Source of the DNA: a virus
IMG/VR virus record: IMGVR_UViG_3300027996_003225
DNA length: 64,000 nucleotides
Reading direction: 5' to 3' (one strand)
The translations under genes and the position numbers were made by a program. The notes beneath the pieces are model-generated. The model saw nothing but the letters and a program-made list of their open reading frames with translations, had not been told where the DNA came from and ran no database searches. Positions within the stretch are counted from its first letter, which is position 1. Each line of letters begins with the position of its first letter. Shown in pieces: positions 10,165-19,808 of the stretch.

Positions 10165-10713
10165 TTATTGTTTCAATGGCTCTATTAAACAATTCAAATT
10201 ATTTCCATTAAGTTTCGGCTTTGAGACCGCCAATCCAATATCTTTTAAATCTTCTATAATTCCGTCTAAGACTTCGAATCCCTGTTCTTTATGTGCGTTC
10301 TCTCGTCGTCTGTATTGCAACCTAAATTGCACCTTGTTGCCTTGAGCCAAAAATTTTCTAGCTGCTTTGACCTTTGTGTCTATGTCGTGTTTGCCAATAG
10401 ATGGCCTTAAGCGAATTTCTTTAGTTTGTGCAGTTTGAGAATTTCTTTTTTGATTCTTCTCTTTAATAGACTTTTCATATTTATGTTTGCTGTAGTCCAT
10501 TATTCGACAGACAGGAGGTCTAGAATTAGGAGAGATCTCCACCAAATCTAGACCATCTTTTCTTGCCATGTACTGGGCGTCCTTTATGGGCTTGGTTCCC
10601 AAGTTTTTCCCATCTTTGTCTATAACTACAATTGGGGATATTCTAATCCTTTCGTTTATTCTAACCTCGTAGTTTCCCGTGTCTCTGGAATTGTTATTTT
10701 TGTTGTTTTTCAT
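10165..10713 (-). CDS. infC: Translation initiation factor IF-3
   Basis: RINERI, GLDLVEISP..PPVCRIMDY, KEIRLRPSIGKHD; not followed by rpmI/rplT. Confidence 0.95.
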   Translation of the reverse strand: MKNNKNNNSRDTGNYEVRINERIRISPIVVIDKDGKNLGTKPIKDAQYMARKDGLDLVEISPNSRPPVCRIMDYSKHKYEKSIKEKNQKRNSQTAQTKEIRLRPSIGKHDIDTKVKAARKFLAQGNKVQFRLQYRRRENAHKEQGFEVLDGIIEDLKDIGLAVSKPKLNGNNLNCLIEPLKQ

Positions 10714-10721
10714 ATTTTTAT

Positions 10722-12353
10722 TTAGACTTTTTTCGCAAGCCCGCTTGTCATCCTCTCCAAAGCATTTGAAACATCATATGAGTCTAAGGAAACATTAATC
10801 AAAAACATTTCCTTAGCATTAAGGGCCTCGTCAACAACTGACTCTAATTCAGATTCAGTCTCTACCATCGCCCCTTTACCTCCGCCAATTATATCAACAA
10901 ACTTATGATAGTTCCAGTCAGGAATATCATTAAAATCCCCATCCAATAAAAATCTTTCTGTGGTATAACCATGATTATTCAATATGAATATAATTGGATT
11001 TAATTTATTCGCAACAATAGTGCTTAACTCCGTGCAAGACATTTGAAAAGCACCATCGCCAACTATCACAATAGTCCTGCTATCGGGTCTGGCAAATCCT
11101 GCCCCCAACGCTCCCGGAATTGATGTGCCCATACTTGTGTAAAATGCAGAACCTAAAAAAGCATTTTTGTGATGCATTGTTAAATCTGCTGCCCCAAACA
11201 AACTGTCGCCTATGTCTGCAACGACCGACATATCTTTTGTCAGCAAAGAATCAATTTTATCAAACAACCTTTTGCTCGTAATCGGAGTACCCGCAAGCGG
11301 AGAGAAACTCTTATTAGATCGAGTATTCACCACAGAAGGCTTGTTTGAATGGGTAGGAATCGAAGCCTCATCAAAAAGTTTATTGCAAAAGTCTTCAAAA
11401 TTTACAGAAGCATACATATGATTTTTAACTTTCAATCCTTGTATGCTGCAAGATACGGTATTCCTTTTTACAAATTTTGAAGGCATAAAGCTTAATGTCA
11501 TATCAGTGAGCATCGCCCCAAACATAAGAAGACAATCAGATCCCTCGACTGCTGCCTGCACTCCCTCTTGACTCGTGCTTCCAGCATATACGCCTAAATA
11601 AAGCGGATGAGTCTCGCCAATTACTGATTTGCTAAGAAGAGTTGTTGCAATTGGAATGTTCGCTTTTTCAGCAAACTTGACCAGTTTAGATCCAAGTCCA
11701 AATCTTGAAACCTCAATCCCTGCTAATATAACTGGATTTTTTGAATTATTTATCCAAGTTTCAACTTCTTCAAAAGACTCTTCTAAGTTTTGCAAATCTG
11801 TACTTGGAGAATCTGGAGTTCCCTGCTTGTAAACATCGTAACCAATCGGCTTGTCCGCAACGTCTCTTGGAAGCTCAATATAGATGGGCTGCTTATAGTA
11901 GTGAAGGGCTTCAAAAGCTTTATCGATTTTGTATCCCGCTGTATTCGGGTCGTCTAGAACAACAGACTCACATGTGAAATTTTCAAAAACTTCTTTTTGA
12001 CACTCGAATGAACGAACCATATGATGGAGCAAAACACCTTCGTCTCGCTCTTTCATTCCAGGCGAACCTGAAATGACAACTAAAGGAGACCTCTCAGCAT
12101 AAGCACATTGAACTGCATTTATAAGTTTTGCTGCTCCAACATTATATGTGACACAAACGCAACCAATACCCTTTATTCTAGAATACGCATCTGCTGCAAA
12201 TCCTGCGTGATTTTCGTCTGTGGTGTTGATCAAACTTATGTCTGAATTATTTAATTTTTTATAGAAATTAAGAACATAATCTCCAGGAACTCCAAAGACG
12301 TGTTCAATTCCAGAATTTTTCATTCTGTCGATTAAGAAATCTGACACTAACAT
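10722..12353 (-). CDS. TPP-dependent 2-keto-acid decarboxylase (pyruvate/indolepyruvate decarboxylase family)
   Basis: FGVPGDY, DENHAGFAADAY, GDGAFQM..NNHGY TPP motif; AAGGAG SD upstream. Confidence 0.92.
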   Translation of the reverse strand: MLVSDFLIDRMKNSGIEHVFGVPGDYVLNFYKKLNNSDISLINTTDENHAGFAADAYSRIKGIGCVCVTYNVGAAKLINAVQCAYAERSPLVVISGSPGMKERDEGVLLHHMVRSFECQKEVFENFTCESVVLDDPNTAGYKIDKAFEALHYYKQPIYIELPRDVADKPIGYDVYKQGTPDSPSTDLQNLEESFEEVETWINNSKNPVILAGIEVSRFGLGSKLVKFAEKANIPIATTLLSKSVIGETHPLYLGVYAGSTSQEGVQAAVEGSDCLLMFGAMLTDMTLSFMPSKFVKRNTVSCSIQGLKVKNHMYASVNFEDFCNKLFDEASIPTHSNKPSVVNTRSNKSFSPLAGTPITSKRLFDKIDSLLTKDMSVVADIGDSLFGAADLTMHHKNAFLGSAFYTSMGTSIPGALGAGFARPDSRTIVIVGDGAFQMSCTELSTIVANKLNPIIFILNNHGYTTERFLLDGDFNDIPDWNYHKFVDIIGGGKGAMVETESELESVVDEALNAKEMFLINVSLDSYDVSNALERMTSGLAKKV

Positions 12354-12383
12354 AACCGCTCCTTGGGGAATGCGAGGTTTAAT

Positions 12384-12427
12384 TATTTATAAATTACAGA
12401 ATAGCTCTCTGCCTGTCTTGGCGTCAA
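12384..12427 (-). promoter_or_regulatory. Sigma70-like promoter (TTGACG-18-TATTCT) plus T4-late-like TATAAATA upstream of the decarboxylase
   Basis: -35 at 12422-12427, -10 at 12398-12403, TATAAATA at 12384-12391 (minus). Confidence 0.45.
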
Positions 12428-12437
12428 TACCATTAAC

Positions 12438-13259
12438 CTATTCCGTTGTAGGAGAAAAAGGAATGTGAATTAAAAACCCTTCGCCTGTCGTTGGAAATCT
12501 CCTAACCCATTCGACACCTGATCCTATGGTGCAGCCAAAATCAGTAGGCGTAAGACTGCTAGGTGTGAAACTGGGGGTGACAGATGGGGCACTAGATGAA
12601 AGAAAGCTCACGCTCTCTTCCATTTTCAAAAGTTTAAATTCAAACCAATAACAACCAGGAAGACATGTGTTATTGGCGTTCCAATTATATACCAAAAGAG
12701 TTTCTAATAACTGGTCTTTTAAAGTTGTTCCGTCTTCCTGAGTTATGTCTCCCAAAACCAACTCTATAACAGCAGACGCATCCAAAACCCTAAATATCCT
12801 CATCGAAGATCCTTTCTTCCATGAAGACTCATTGGTTCCATTATATCCTCTCTGAACTTGAATTAACTTATTTGTTTCATCAAATCCAGTCACAAGCATA
12901 TGCTCAGGAAGTCTAACTCTATCCATGATGATGATGTCGCCAACCATCACCTGTTCAAACCCAATGTCGTCTGCCAACCTAAAGTAGGTATCAGATGTGT
13001 CAATGCTCGTCTTTAACTTAGCAATAGCCCACATGTTTGCCTCTAACACCAAAGACGTGTCTAGTTCCCCAGTGTCTGGGTCTGTCAAGTCTAAAGGACC
13101 ATCACAATCATCAGCAGCCAGTCTAAATGGCGGCTTAACATCGTGCCTTCTAATGGTAAAATCAGGACAAACATTGGACGGACATCCAAATTTATCTAAA
13201 CAGTTGGAGTTTGTCGTGAGATCACACGAAACTCCTATTCTCGCTCCTTGAATACTCAT
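12438..13259 (-). CDS. Virion structural protein, BppU/baseplate-upper-like N-domain
   Basis: FTIRRHDVKPPF..DLT..LVYNW..PGCYWFEF pattern typical of BppU_N-like domains. Confidence 0.55.
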   Translation of the reverse strand: MSIQGARIGVSCDLTTNSNCLDKFGCPSNVCPDFTIRRHDVKPPFRLAADDCDGPLDLTDPDTGELDTSLVLEANMWAIAKLKTSIDTSDTYFRLADDIGFEQVMVGDIIIMDRVRLPEHMLVTGFDETNKLIQVQRGYNGTNESSWKKGSSMRIFRVLDASAVIELVLGDITQEDGTTLKDQLLETLLVYNWNANNTCLPGCYWFEFKLLKMEESVSFLSSSAPSVTPSFTPSSLTPTDFGCTIGSGVEWVRRFPTTGEGFLIHIPFSPTTE

Positions 13260-13278
13260 ACAACTATATATGGAATAT

Positions 13279-13809
13279 TTATTCAAAAACTCCCAACAAC
13301 TCCATCTGGGAAACTCTATCTCTGATCCAATTTAAATTTCCTTCAAATTCTTGAAGGGTTACATTGCCTTTTTTTGCAATCTCTTGTACTTTTTGGATAG
13401 AATCAGCACTGTTTAAAGAAGATTTTGAATCTTTAGATTTATATGGAAAAAAAATAACTTTATCAATTTTATTTTTAACAATTTTGAGCATGCATTTTTT
13501 ACACGGCCTAGCAGTAACATAAAGAGTAGAACCATCTAAAGTTTGAAAGCCCAGTCTGCTAAAATCTATTGCATTTTCTTCAGCATGTTCCACGTAGTCA
13601 TATTTGTGAGGTCGTTCCCAATTTATATCTTCGTCCTTTATCGAAGATGGTGGGCCGTTGTATCCCCAACCCAGTGGACGATTCGAAGAATCTATAATAA
13701 AAGCCCCAACCTGTGTATCAGGGTCTTTCGAAAAAGACGCTGCCCACAGTGCCATGGCCATATATCTTTCATCACGACTAGGTACTGCTCTAGGCTTTTT
13801 CATTGTCAT
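13279..13809 (-). CDS. dCMP deaminase
   Basis: SKDPDTQVGA, GYNG, HAEENAI, PCKKC. Confidence 0.93.
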   Translation of the reverse strand: MTMKKPRAVPSRDERYMAMALWAASFSKDPDTQVGAFIIDSSNRPLGWGYNGPPSSIKDEDINWERPHKYDYVEHAEENAIDFSRLGFQTLDGSTLYVTARPCKKCMLKIVKNKIDKVIFFPYKSKDSKSSLNSADSIQKVQEIAKKGNVTLQEFEGNLNWIRDRVSQMELLGVFE

Positions 13810-14578
13810 CCCTTTCTATAATTCTTTGTTCGAAATCATTTGGATAAAGAGTAAGAACAAATTGATAATCTAAAGAACTATGATCGATTACAACATTTTC
13901 TGTTATGTGTGTTAAACAATGATTTAAAACTTTAGACGGCTCATAATAAAACAAATCATTAAATCTGAATTGTTTGTGGCCATCACTTCGTTGGTTTGCT
14001 CTATCTGACAAGATCGTGACAATGACTCCTTCGTCGCACAGGTTGAACATTTTTTCAAGAACAGAAAAAAGATATGCGTATTGATTGGGCGAATCAAGCA
14101 ATCTGAGATTAAAAGTCCCCGCAGCAATTACCCATTCAAAAGATTTCTCAAATTCTAAATCTAAAAAATCTCCACAGCCAAAGCTAATTCTTGAAGTCGG
14201 GATTAGTTCGAGACCTTCCCGATGAGGCAGGGTTTCCCACACGCTTTCTGCCTGCCTCTTCGCTTCTTGTATCACATCCTCAGATATGTCTATTCCTGTA
14301 TATGTCCAACCGCTTCTTTTATAATGGTTTTTGAACAAATAAGGCAAGAAGTCTCCAACCCCGCACCCAACATCCAACACACTGTCATAATTCGTTTGAG
14401 ACCCTTTAACATTCTTCATAATTACGTCAAAAATTCGACGCTGGTATCCTGAAGAAGACCAACTTGCAGCTTTCCATCCTGTTGCAGTTTCGTTCTCATT
14501 TCCGTTTCTAGAATGAGCAAGTCTGAGATTGTAAAAATTGTTTATAATCTCGCTTGTACCATTAAACTCAATACTCAT
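13790..14578 (-). CDS. Class I SAM-dependent methyltransferase
   Basis: SVLDVGCGVGD, YTGIDIS. Confidence 0.85.
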   Translation of the reverse strand: MSIEFNGTSEIINNFYNLRLAHSRNGNENETATGWKAASWSSSGYQRRIFDVIMKNVKGSQTNYDSVLDVGCGVGDFLPYLFKNHYKRSGWTYTGIDISEDVIQEAKRQAESVWETLPHREGLELIPTSRISFGCGDFLDLEFEKSFEWVIAAGTFNLRLLDSPNQYAYLFSVLEKMFNLCDEGVIVTILSDRANQRSDGHKQFRFNDLFYYEPSKVLNHCLTHITENVVIDHSSLDYQFVLTLYPNDFEQRIIERDDNEKA

Positions 14579-15117
14579 TTAATCATTATCTCCGAGAGCT
14601 TACACTTATCTTCGGTTTCTCTGGCTATGACAATATAGCGATTTTCATTCAGCCAGGATAGTGCTGATTTATTATTGCCCTCAATTAAATGCGGCAAATG
14701 AAAAGAAACATTAGAATCAATAAATTTTGTATCTTTCAAATCAAAGATATCGCTGCCTTGAAACCAGACTCCCATCCTTATTAAACACCTGCGAATTGCA
14801 ATATCAGAATAATGATCAGAATAGCCAGTCTGATGTTTATAATTAAAAAGAGAATCTATGTCGTGTCTATCATGTACAAAAACGTTGTGTTTAGAAATCA
14901 ATTCTTTAATCGAAGATATATCATTTCGAAAAAAATTCCAATAGGCGTCCTCATACATCTGCATTCCGAATTCCCACGAATACAGTTTAGCTTTGCACCT
15001 AAAGGCCCAAAACCAGTTTCCCTTACCGGCTTGCTTGCTAACGTTGCCTAAAAATTTATCTCTATTTTTCCCTAAATTTCCCACTTGCAAATAATGAATC
15101 AAATCAAAACATTCCAT
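14575..15117 (-). CDS. Hypothetical protein
   Basis: 180-aa ORF. Confidence 0.6.
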   Translation of the reverse strand: MECFDLIHYLQVGNLGKNRDKFLGNVSKQAGKGNWFWAFRCKAKLYSWEFGMQMYEDAYWNFFRNDISSIKELISKHNVFVHDRHDIDSLFNYKHQTGYSDHYSDIAIRRCLIRMGVWFQGSDIFDLKDTKFIDSNVSFHLPHLIEGNNKSALSWLNENRYIVIARETEDKCKLSEIMIK

Positions 15118-15427
15118 ATGTTAAATAAAAAAATAATGCTATTTGAAAAGAAGCTATGAAAGAAGCAACAGTCAACCCCCACTTCTTTTTAAAGAAATAA
15201 ATCAAAGGAATCATTAGAATTACGATCATAGTTCCTATCATTTTCAATGTCATAAATAAAGCGACATCTCCACCATCCGCTTCTATAAGCATTACTCCTA
15301 TTGGATTTTTTTCATGTTCTAAAATTACATCTGCTGTCTTAAACGTCCAATAAGAATCGTATATTGAAACAAAAACAATTATCAACATTAAAAGCGACAA
15401 GAAAAAAATTTGCATCTTTGCAAACAT
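15104..15427 (-). CDS. Membrane protein (DUF5658-like)
   Basis: Three hydrophobic segments, D..T..E.NP motif. Confidence 0.55.
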   Translation of the reverse strand: MFAKMQIFFLSLLMLIIVFVSIYDSYWTFKTADVILEHEKNPIGVMLIEADGGDVALFMTLKMIGTMIVILMIPLIYFFKKKWGLTVASFIASFQIALFFYLTYGMF

Positions 15428-15429
15428 AA

Positions 15430-15624
15430 CTAACCTTTTTTCTTTTTCTTTTTCTTTTTCTTCTTCTTTTTAGTTAAACTCTCCAACTCAAAAGGCGAAG
15501 CAGTTGACCTGCCGTGGACAGAGCCTACAACGGCCAGCGGCATCAAGCCAAGAGCGGCGGCATGTCTGGCCCTTGTGGATGCACTAGATTCTTTGGTAAT
15601 TAGCCAATCTTTGAAAGTAATCAT
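15430..15624 (-). CDS. Small protein with CTS-like N-terminus and poly-Lys tail
   Basis: MITFKDWLITKE...K12G; TATAAATA at 15653-15660. Confidence 0.65.
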   Translation of the reverse strand: MITFKDWLITKESSASTRARHAAALGLMPLAVVGSVHGRSTASPFELESLTKKKKKKKKKKKKG

Positions 15625-15723
15625 AAATGTATGTATTACTTCAAGATCCCATTATTTATAAAATTGATAAATGCAATTCCGACATTTTTCAATTAGAAAT
15701 TTATAAAAAAACAACCCTTCTAG

Positions 15724-15909
15724 CTAAAGTAGGGTTGTTTTTTCCAGTTTTTGAAGTTCTTCTAAGTGAGAATCTAATTCTTTCTCGGCAATCTCTATTC
15801 TTTTTATGTCAAAATTTAAAGGATTTTTTTTAAATCTTTCGCTAAAAATACTTAATTTTAAAAAAGTTTCATCTAGCTTTCCTTGTAAAATTGCGATTTC
15901 ATTTAACAT
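15724..15909 (-). CDS. Hypothetical protein
   Basis: 61-aa ORF in run. Confidence 0.4.
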   Translation of the reverse strand: MLNEIAILQGKLDETFLKLSIFSERFKKNPLNFDIKRIEIAEKELDSHLEELQKLEKTTLL

Positions 15910-16250
15910 TTACCCTCGTTTCTTAGTATTGCTTTATATTTTAATTTTCCAGATTTTATAAGAGATAGTTTTTCAAAATCCAAATCTCTCTTGGCGTTAT
16001 TATGAACTCTTTCTAAGGTTATTATTTTATTCCTTAAAGTAGAAAGCCATCTTTCTGAACAAACGTACCCTGTATGTCTAGAAAAATATTTTATATTTAT
16101 ATTGCCATCAAATGTAAAATAGTATTTTAAGAATTGTCTTTGAGACTCGTTCCTAAAATATTTGAATAAGTATTTTTTTTCTTTAGGCAAATCACAATGA
16201 AGAAACTCGCCTGATATAAATTTTAATTCTCTATCACTCAATTCCTTCAC
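15903..16250 (-). CDS. Hypothetical protein
   Basis: 115-aa ORF. Confidence 0.55.
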   Translation of the reverse strand: MKELSDRELKFISGEFLHCDLPKEKKYLFKYFRNESQRQFLKYYFTFDGNINIKYFSRHTGYVCSERWLSTLRNKIITLERVHNNAKRDLDFEKLSLIKSGKLKYKAILRNEGKC

Positions 16251-16701
16251 ACAACTCCAAATATATCAAAAGCAATCCTGCTGCGAACTGCTTTGGTATC
16301 TCCCTAATGCTGCACTCTTTGAAAACCGACATTACCAATCTAACATCATCGGACAACATCGCATCGTCCTCTTCTATAACCACGTCAGGGCATCGTTCAA
16401 TTTTTTCATAAGCTTCCAGAACTCCCGTGCTTATATCTGTGTTCAGAACCGTGCTGATATTCCTCGGAGAAAAAAGTATATCTTCTCCAATCTCTCCGCC
16501 AAAATAATATGTCTTATCAGAAAAAAAAGTTTGCATGTGCTTCTTTGCAACTGATTTAGCATCTTTTAAAAATCCCAAGAAGAAATCTCCCATTTCTTCT
16601 TGTTTCTCTTCAATTGCAACCACATCCTGTTCTTGATAACCCATGAAATACTCCGTCAAGCGAATAAGTGAATAGTCGATAAATCTTAAAATAAATAACA
16701 T
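16234..16701 (-). CDS. Hypothetical protein
   Basis: 155-aa ORF. Confidence 0.55.
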   Translation of the reverse strand: MLFILRFIDYSLIRLTEYFMGYQEQDVVAIEEKQEEMGDFFLGFLKDAKSVAKKHMQTFFSDKTYYFGGEIGEDILFSPRNISTVLNTDISTGVLEAYEKIERCPDVVIEEDDAMLSDDVRLVMSVFKECSIREIPKQFAAGLLLIYLELCEGIE

Positions 16702-16750
16702 ACCATGTCAATAGATACATTAGATATTTAAAAGAAAGAAAGGACGCAAA

Positions 16751-17257
16751 ATGAAAAAAGGAATTTTACTGGCATCTATGTTGTTTTCTATGATAATCTG
16801 TTCAGGATGCTCTAACAATTTATCTCCATTTAGCCCAGACATGAAAAATGAGATAAACAACCAAAGTGGGAGAATAGAAGACATAAAGAGTAATCAAAAC
16901 GGCCTAATGTTGGAGTTAATGAAACTTAGGAACGAACAACAGATTAATGCAGACAAAATTGAAAATTTTCAACAAGGTCTATTAAATCTTTCTGGAAAAA
17001 ATGAAAACTTTGGAGTTCAAATTTTACAGGGTGATGGGTCGCTGGTGATGGTTTTTGCGTTAGGAACGATTGCCATGATGTTGATTTACCACTACAGAAC
17101 AAAGTCAATAAAGAAAGAAAAAGCGGCAGGCATATTAGCACAGCAAATTGTAAACTACAACGATGATTCGTTAACAGATGGCGTATTCGTTAGCGCAATG
17201 TACACAGATGTAGAAAAAGATGTTTATGAGTTGATCTCAAAGAATCAAAATCTGTAA
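16751..17257 (+). CDS. Lipoprotein with coiled coil and a transmembrane segment
   Basis: MKK-hydrophobic-ICSGC lipobox; AGGA SD; TM LVMVFALGTIAMMLIY. Confidence 0.65.
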   Translation: MKKGILLASMLFSMIICSGCSNNLSPFSPDMKNEINNQSGRIEDIKSNQNGLMLELMKLRNEQQINADKIENFQQGLLNLSGKNENFGVQILQGDGSLVMVFALGTIAMMLIYHYRTKSIKKEKAAGILAQQIVNYNDDSLTDGVFVSAMYTDVEKDVYELISKNQNL

Positions 17258-17309
17258 GAGGTAAATGAGAAGATTTAAAAAACCCATTTGCAAATTGAAA
17301 TAATACAAT

Positions 17310-17585
17310 TCAGACATCGTATCCTTGCTTTATATTTTTCAACAAGGGGTATCCTTTACAATTATCACCCAGCGGCACACCAGACGCCGCTGGGTCTTTG
17401 CCTTTACTCTGACAAGATACAACCCACATTGAAATCTTGGCATCAATAAGAGACTTGTCGCTAATCTTATGTTTTAAACAATACCATTTATTCCAATTTT
17501 TCTCATCTTGCCTTAAATATCGACAGGTATTTGAATCCGATCCACCAAGAAGGCACACGTTAACTAGTTGATTTTTAGAAAGCAT
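17310..17585 (-). CDS. Small Cys-containing hypothetical protein
   Basis: 91-aa ORF. Confidence 0.55.
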   Translation of the reverse strand: MLSKNQLVNVCLLGGSDSNTCRYLRQDEKNWNKWYCLKHKISDKSLIDAKISMWVVSCQSKGKDPAASGVPLGDNCKGYPLLKNIKQGYDV

Positions 17586-17589
17586 ATTT

Positions 17590-18123
17590 TCACCAAATAG
17601 AAATTTCTTCCCCTATGTCAGATATCAAAGTACCATTTTGATGATCTATCTCATGAGCATAAACTACAGCATGCAAATCAGTCAACGTATCTTGAAAGCC
17701 TTCAAGAAAAAGACCTCCTTGTTCGTTTATAGACAACCTACTCCCTGTAACCAATATTTTATTAGACCTATCCACCCAATATCTTTTCAAAGTTCCGTCT
17801 GAATTTTTTAAAGAGAGGCAACCTTCTATGCCTCTCTTTGACTCGGATGCATCTTTAACCTCTGCATAAGAACAATTTACAAGATGATCGAATTCACCGT
17901 CTGGACTCTTTACTACAAAAAGTTTTAGTGGAACGCCAACCTGCACTGCTGACAGACCTATACCATCTGCTTTGATGCAAGCTCTTTCCATTTTGAGACA
18001 CAAATCGTATGCCTCAACCAAAGATTTGCAATCATCCTGAACGTCTTCTACAAATTCGCAATCAGGTATATCCTTTAAATCAACTATATCGGCCCCACGA
18101 AGAGGTTTTTTGTTTAATTTCAT
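17590..18123 (-). CDS. def: Peptide deformylase
   Basis: GIGLSAVQVG, EGCLS, HEIDHQNG. Confidence 0.93.
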   Translation of the reverse strand: MKLNKKPLRGADIVDLKDIPDCEFVEDVQDDCKSLVEAYDLCLKMERACIKADGIGLSAVQVGVPLKLFVVKSPDGEFDHLVNCSYAEVKDASESKRGIEGCLSLKNSDGTLKRYWVDRSNKILVTGSRLSINEQGGLFLEGFQDTLTDLHAVVYAHEIDHQNGTLISDIGEEISIW

Positions 18124-18383
18124 TTTGACAAAGCTTTTACTATTCCAGAAACTCTAGAATCTAACCAAACCTTCAAGTCCTCTGGATTGCCTCGGAGGCT
18201 AGTGGGAATCTTTAGTATCACAGGAATTTCTTCACCATCATTCACGATTAAATCTATATGTTTGTCTACTAGATCTCTAACAAGAGAAGATACCGAACAT
18301 CCCATCTTTTTAGATGAGTTCTTTAACAGTTCCTGCATTTCAGGCTCTACTGACAAACTCATTATCTTTAATTTTTTACTCAT
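18120..18383 (-). CDS. Ribbon-helix-helix (CopG-like) DNA-binding protein
   Basis: MSLSVEPEMQELLK..SVSSLVRDLV. Confidence 0.6.
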   Translation of the reverse strand: MSKKLKIMSLSVEPEMQELLKNSSKKMGCSVSSLVRDLVDKHIDLIVNDGEEIPVILKIPTSLRGNPEDLKVWLDSRVSGIVKALSK

Positions 18384-18392
18384 AATAAACCC

Positions 18393-18653
18393 TTAACCAA
18401 AATGTTGACGCAATTTTTGCTTTAATTCTTCTTTTTTAACATTTGCAGCCGTTTCCTTGGCTTTTCTTCTACGCTTTTCGCCTTTGCTCTCATAAAATTG
18501 CTTTTGTTTCCATTGAGCAAGAATGCCTGCTTCATTGCACTGCTTTTTAAATGCAGAAAACATTCCCTTAAACGCCCTTTCCTTCTCTTCTCTAGAAGCA
18601 TTGGGATTATATCTTTTTAACTCTACTCTAACTCTCGTGACGTTAGCCATCAA
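18393..18653 (-). CDS. rpsU: Ribosomal protein bS21
   Basis: FKKQCNEAGIL..KQFYESKGEKRRRK. Confidence 0.85.
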   Translation of the reverse strand: MMANVTRVRVELKRYNPNASREEKERAFKGMFSAFKKQCNEAGILAQWKQKQFYESKGEKRRRKAKETAANVKKEELKQKLRQHFG

Positions 18654-18661
18654 TAAGTTCC

Positions 18662-19804
18662 TTAAACTTTAGGTATTTTTATAAACCTTGAACCAAATCT
18701 TTTATTTTTTAGTTCTCTAACTTTTTTATAAGGGACAATTTCTTCTATTTCCGCTGTAGAAGGCCAGTTGTCCCTATTTAAATCGGGTAAAAATTTATCT
18801 AGTCTATTGGTTAATGCGTCAAAAACATTCACCTTCCAAGAAGTATTATCTCTATGACCTAATATAGTAGGAAATCCAAAAATATATTCTCTAGGGATGT
18901 CATCTGCCATCAGATCGTCTATTTCAAACTCTTTACAATTAGAATATCTGCTTCTCTCATCAAACGCCACAAAGGGGCATCTTGCTATAATTGATAATCT
19001 TGAAATGCCAGAGTAAAAATCTACAACAAGCCCAACATGCCTCATAGCTGCCAATATATGAGAGATGTCTCCGTCATTTATGTACAAACATTTATCTAAA
19101 AAATCTCCAGAAATATCATGAGTATATTTGTCAAGATACACAACTGGCTGGTATCCTTTAACCAGAAGGCTTTCAACTAGACCTATCCAAAAATTCTTAT
19201 CAACGTCCACATAGTTAATTCTTCCATTTTTCCAGTGCCTAGCAATAGAGTTTGGATATATAAACACTTTAAAACCTTGAGACTTACCCATATCTCTAAT
19301 GAACTGGTTCCCTAAAATTGCAGCCGAGGATATCGCTGGGAAATACTTTTTAACATTCTTGAATGCGTCAAAAAATCCCTGCTTTATTCCTCTATTGTAG
19401 AATTTTTGCAAGTCTTTATAAGAAGAACAGTCTACAAAAAAATGATTTAAATTTCTTTCGTATCTAACACACAAATCTGAATTGTTTCTCATCCCGTCAG
19501 TTTGACGATACATTGATTTCATTACAGATTTTTCGCTTATCGACCAATATTCATCTACATATGGAAATAGATTTTCATATCCAGTCCATGAGCAAAATAT
19601 AAAATATTTAGATGATTTTAATTCTTCTCTAAACCTCTTCACTATCAAAGAAGAGGCAATTGACATAGATCGCATATCGCCAAATAAAAACAAAACACAA
19701 ACATTGTCAGGATCTATCGATGTAGGAACATTGTTTGAGTCATATCTAACACGCTCGAAGCCACATTTATCAGCAGCATTTTTTAAAAATAGAGAAGAAT
19801 CCAT
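18662..19804 (-). CDS. GT-B glycosyltransferase, GT9/heptosyltransferase-like
   Basis: LFGDM near N-terminus; C-terminal LVVDFYSGISRLSIIARCPFV pattern. Confidence 0.5.
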   Translation of the reverse strand: MDSSLFLKNAADKCGFERVRYDSNNVPTSIDPDNVCVLFLFGDMRSMSIASSLIVKRFREELKSSKYFIFCSWTGYENLFPYVDEYWSISEKSVMKSMYRQTDGMRNNSDLCVRYERNLNHFFVDCSSYKDLQKFYNRGIKQGFFDAFKNVKKYFPAISSAAILGNQFIRDMGKSQGFKVFIYPNSIARHWKNGRINYVDVDKNFWIGLVESLLVKGYQPVVYLDKYTHDISGDFLDKCLYINDGDISHILAAMRHVGLVVDFYSGISRLSIIARCPFVAFDERSRYSNCKEFEIDDLMADDIPREYIFGFPTILGHRDNTSWKVNVFDALTNRLDKFLPDLNRDNWPSTAEIEEIVPYKKVRELKNKRFGSRFIKIPKV

Positions 19805-19808
19805 ATAT

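Noticed and set aside
12354-12437. TPP riboswitch upstream of the decarboxylase
   Set aside because: Only 84 nt, with no CTGAGA or ACCTGA core motifs
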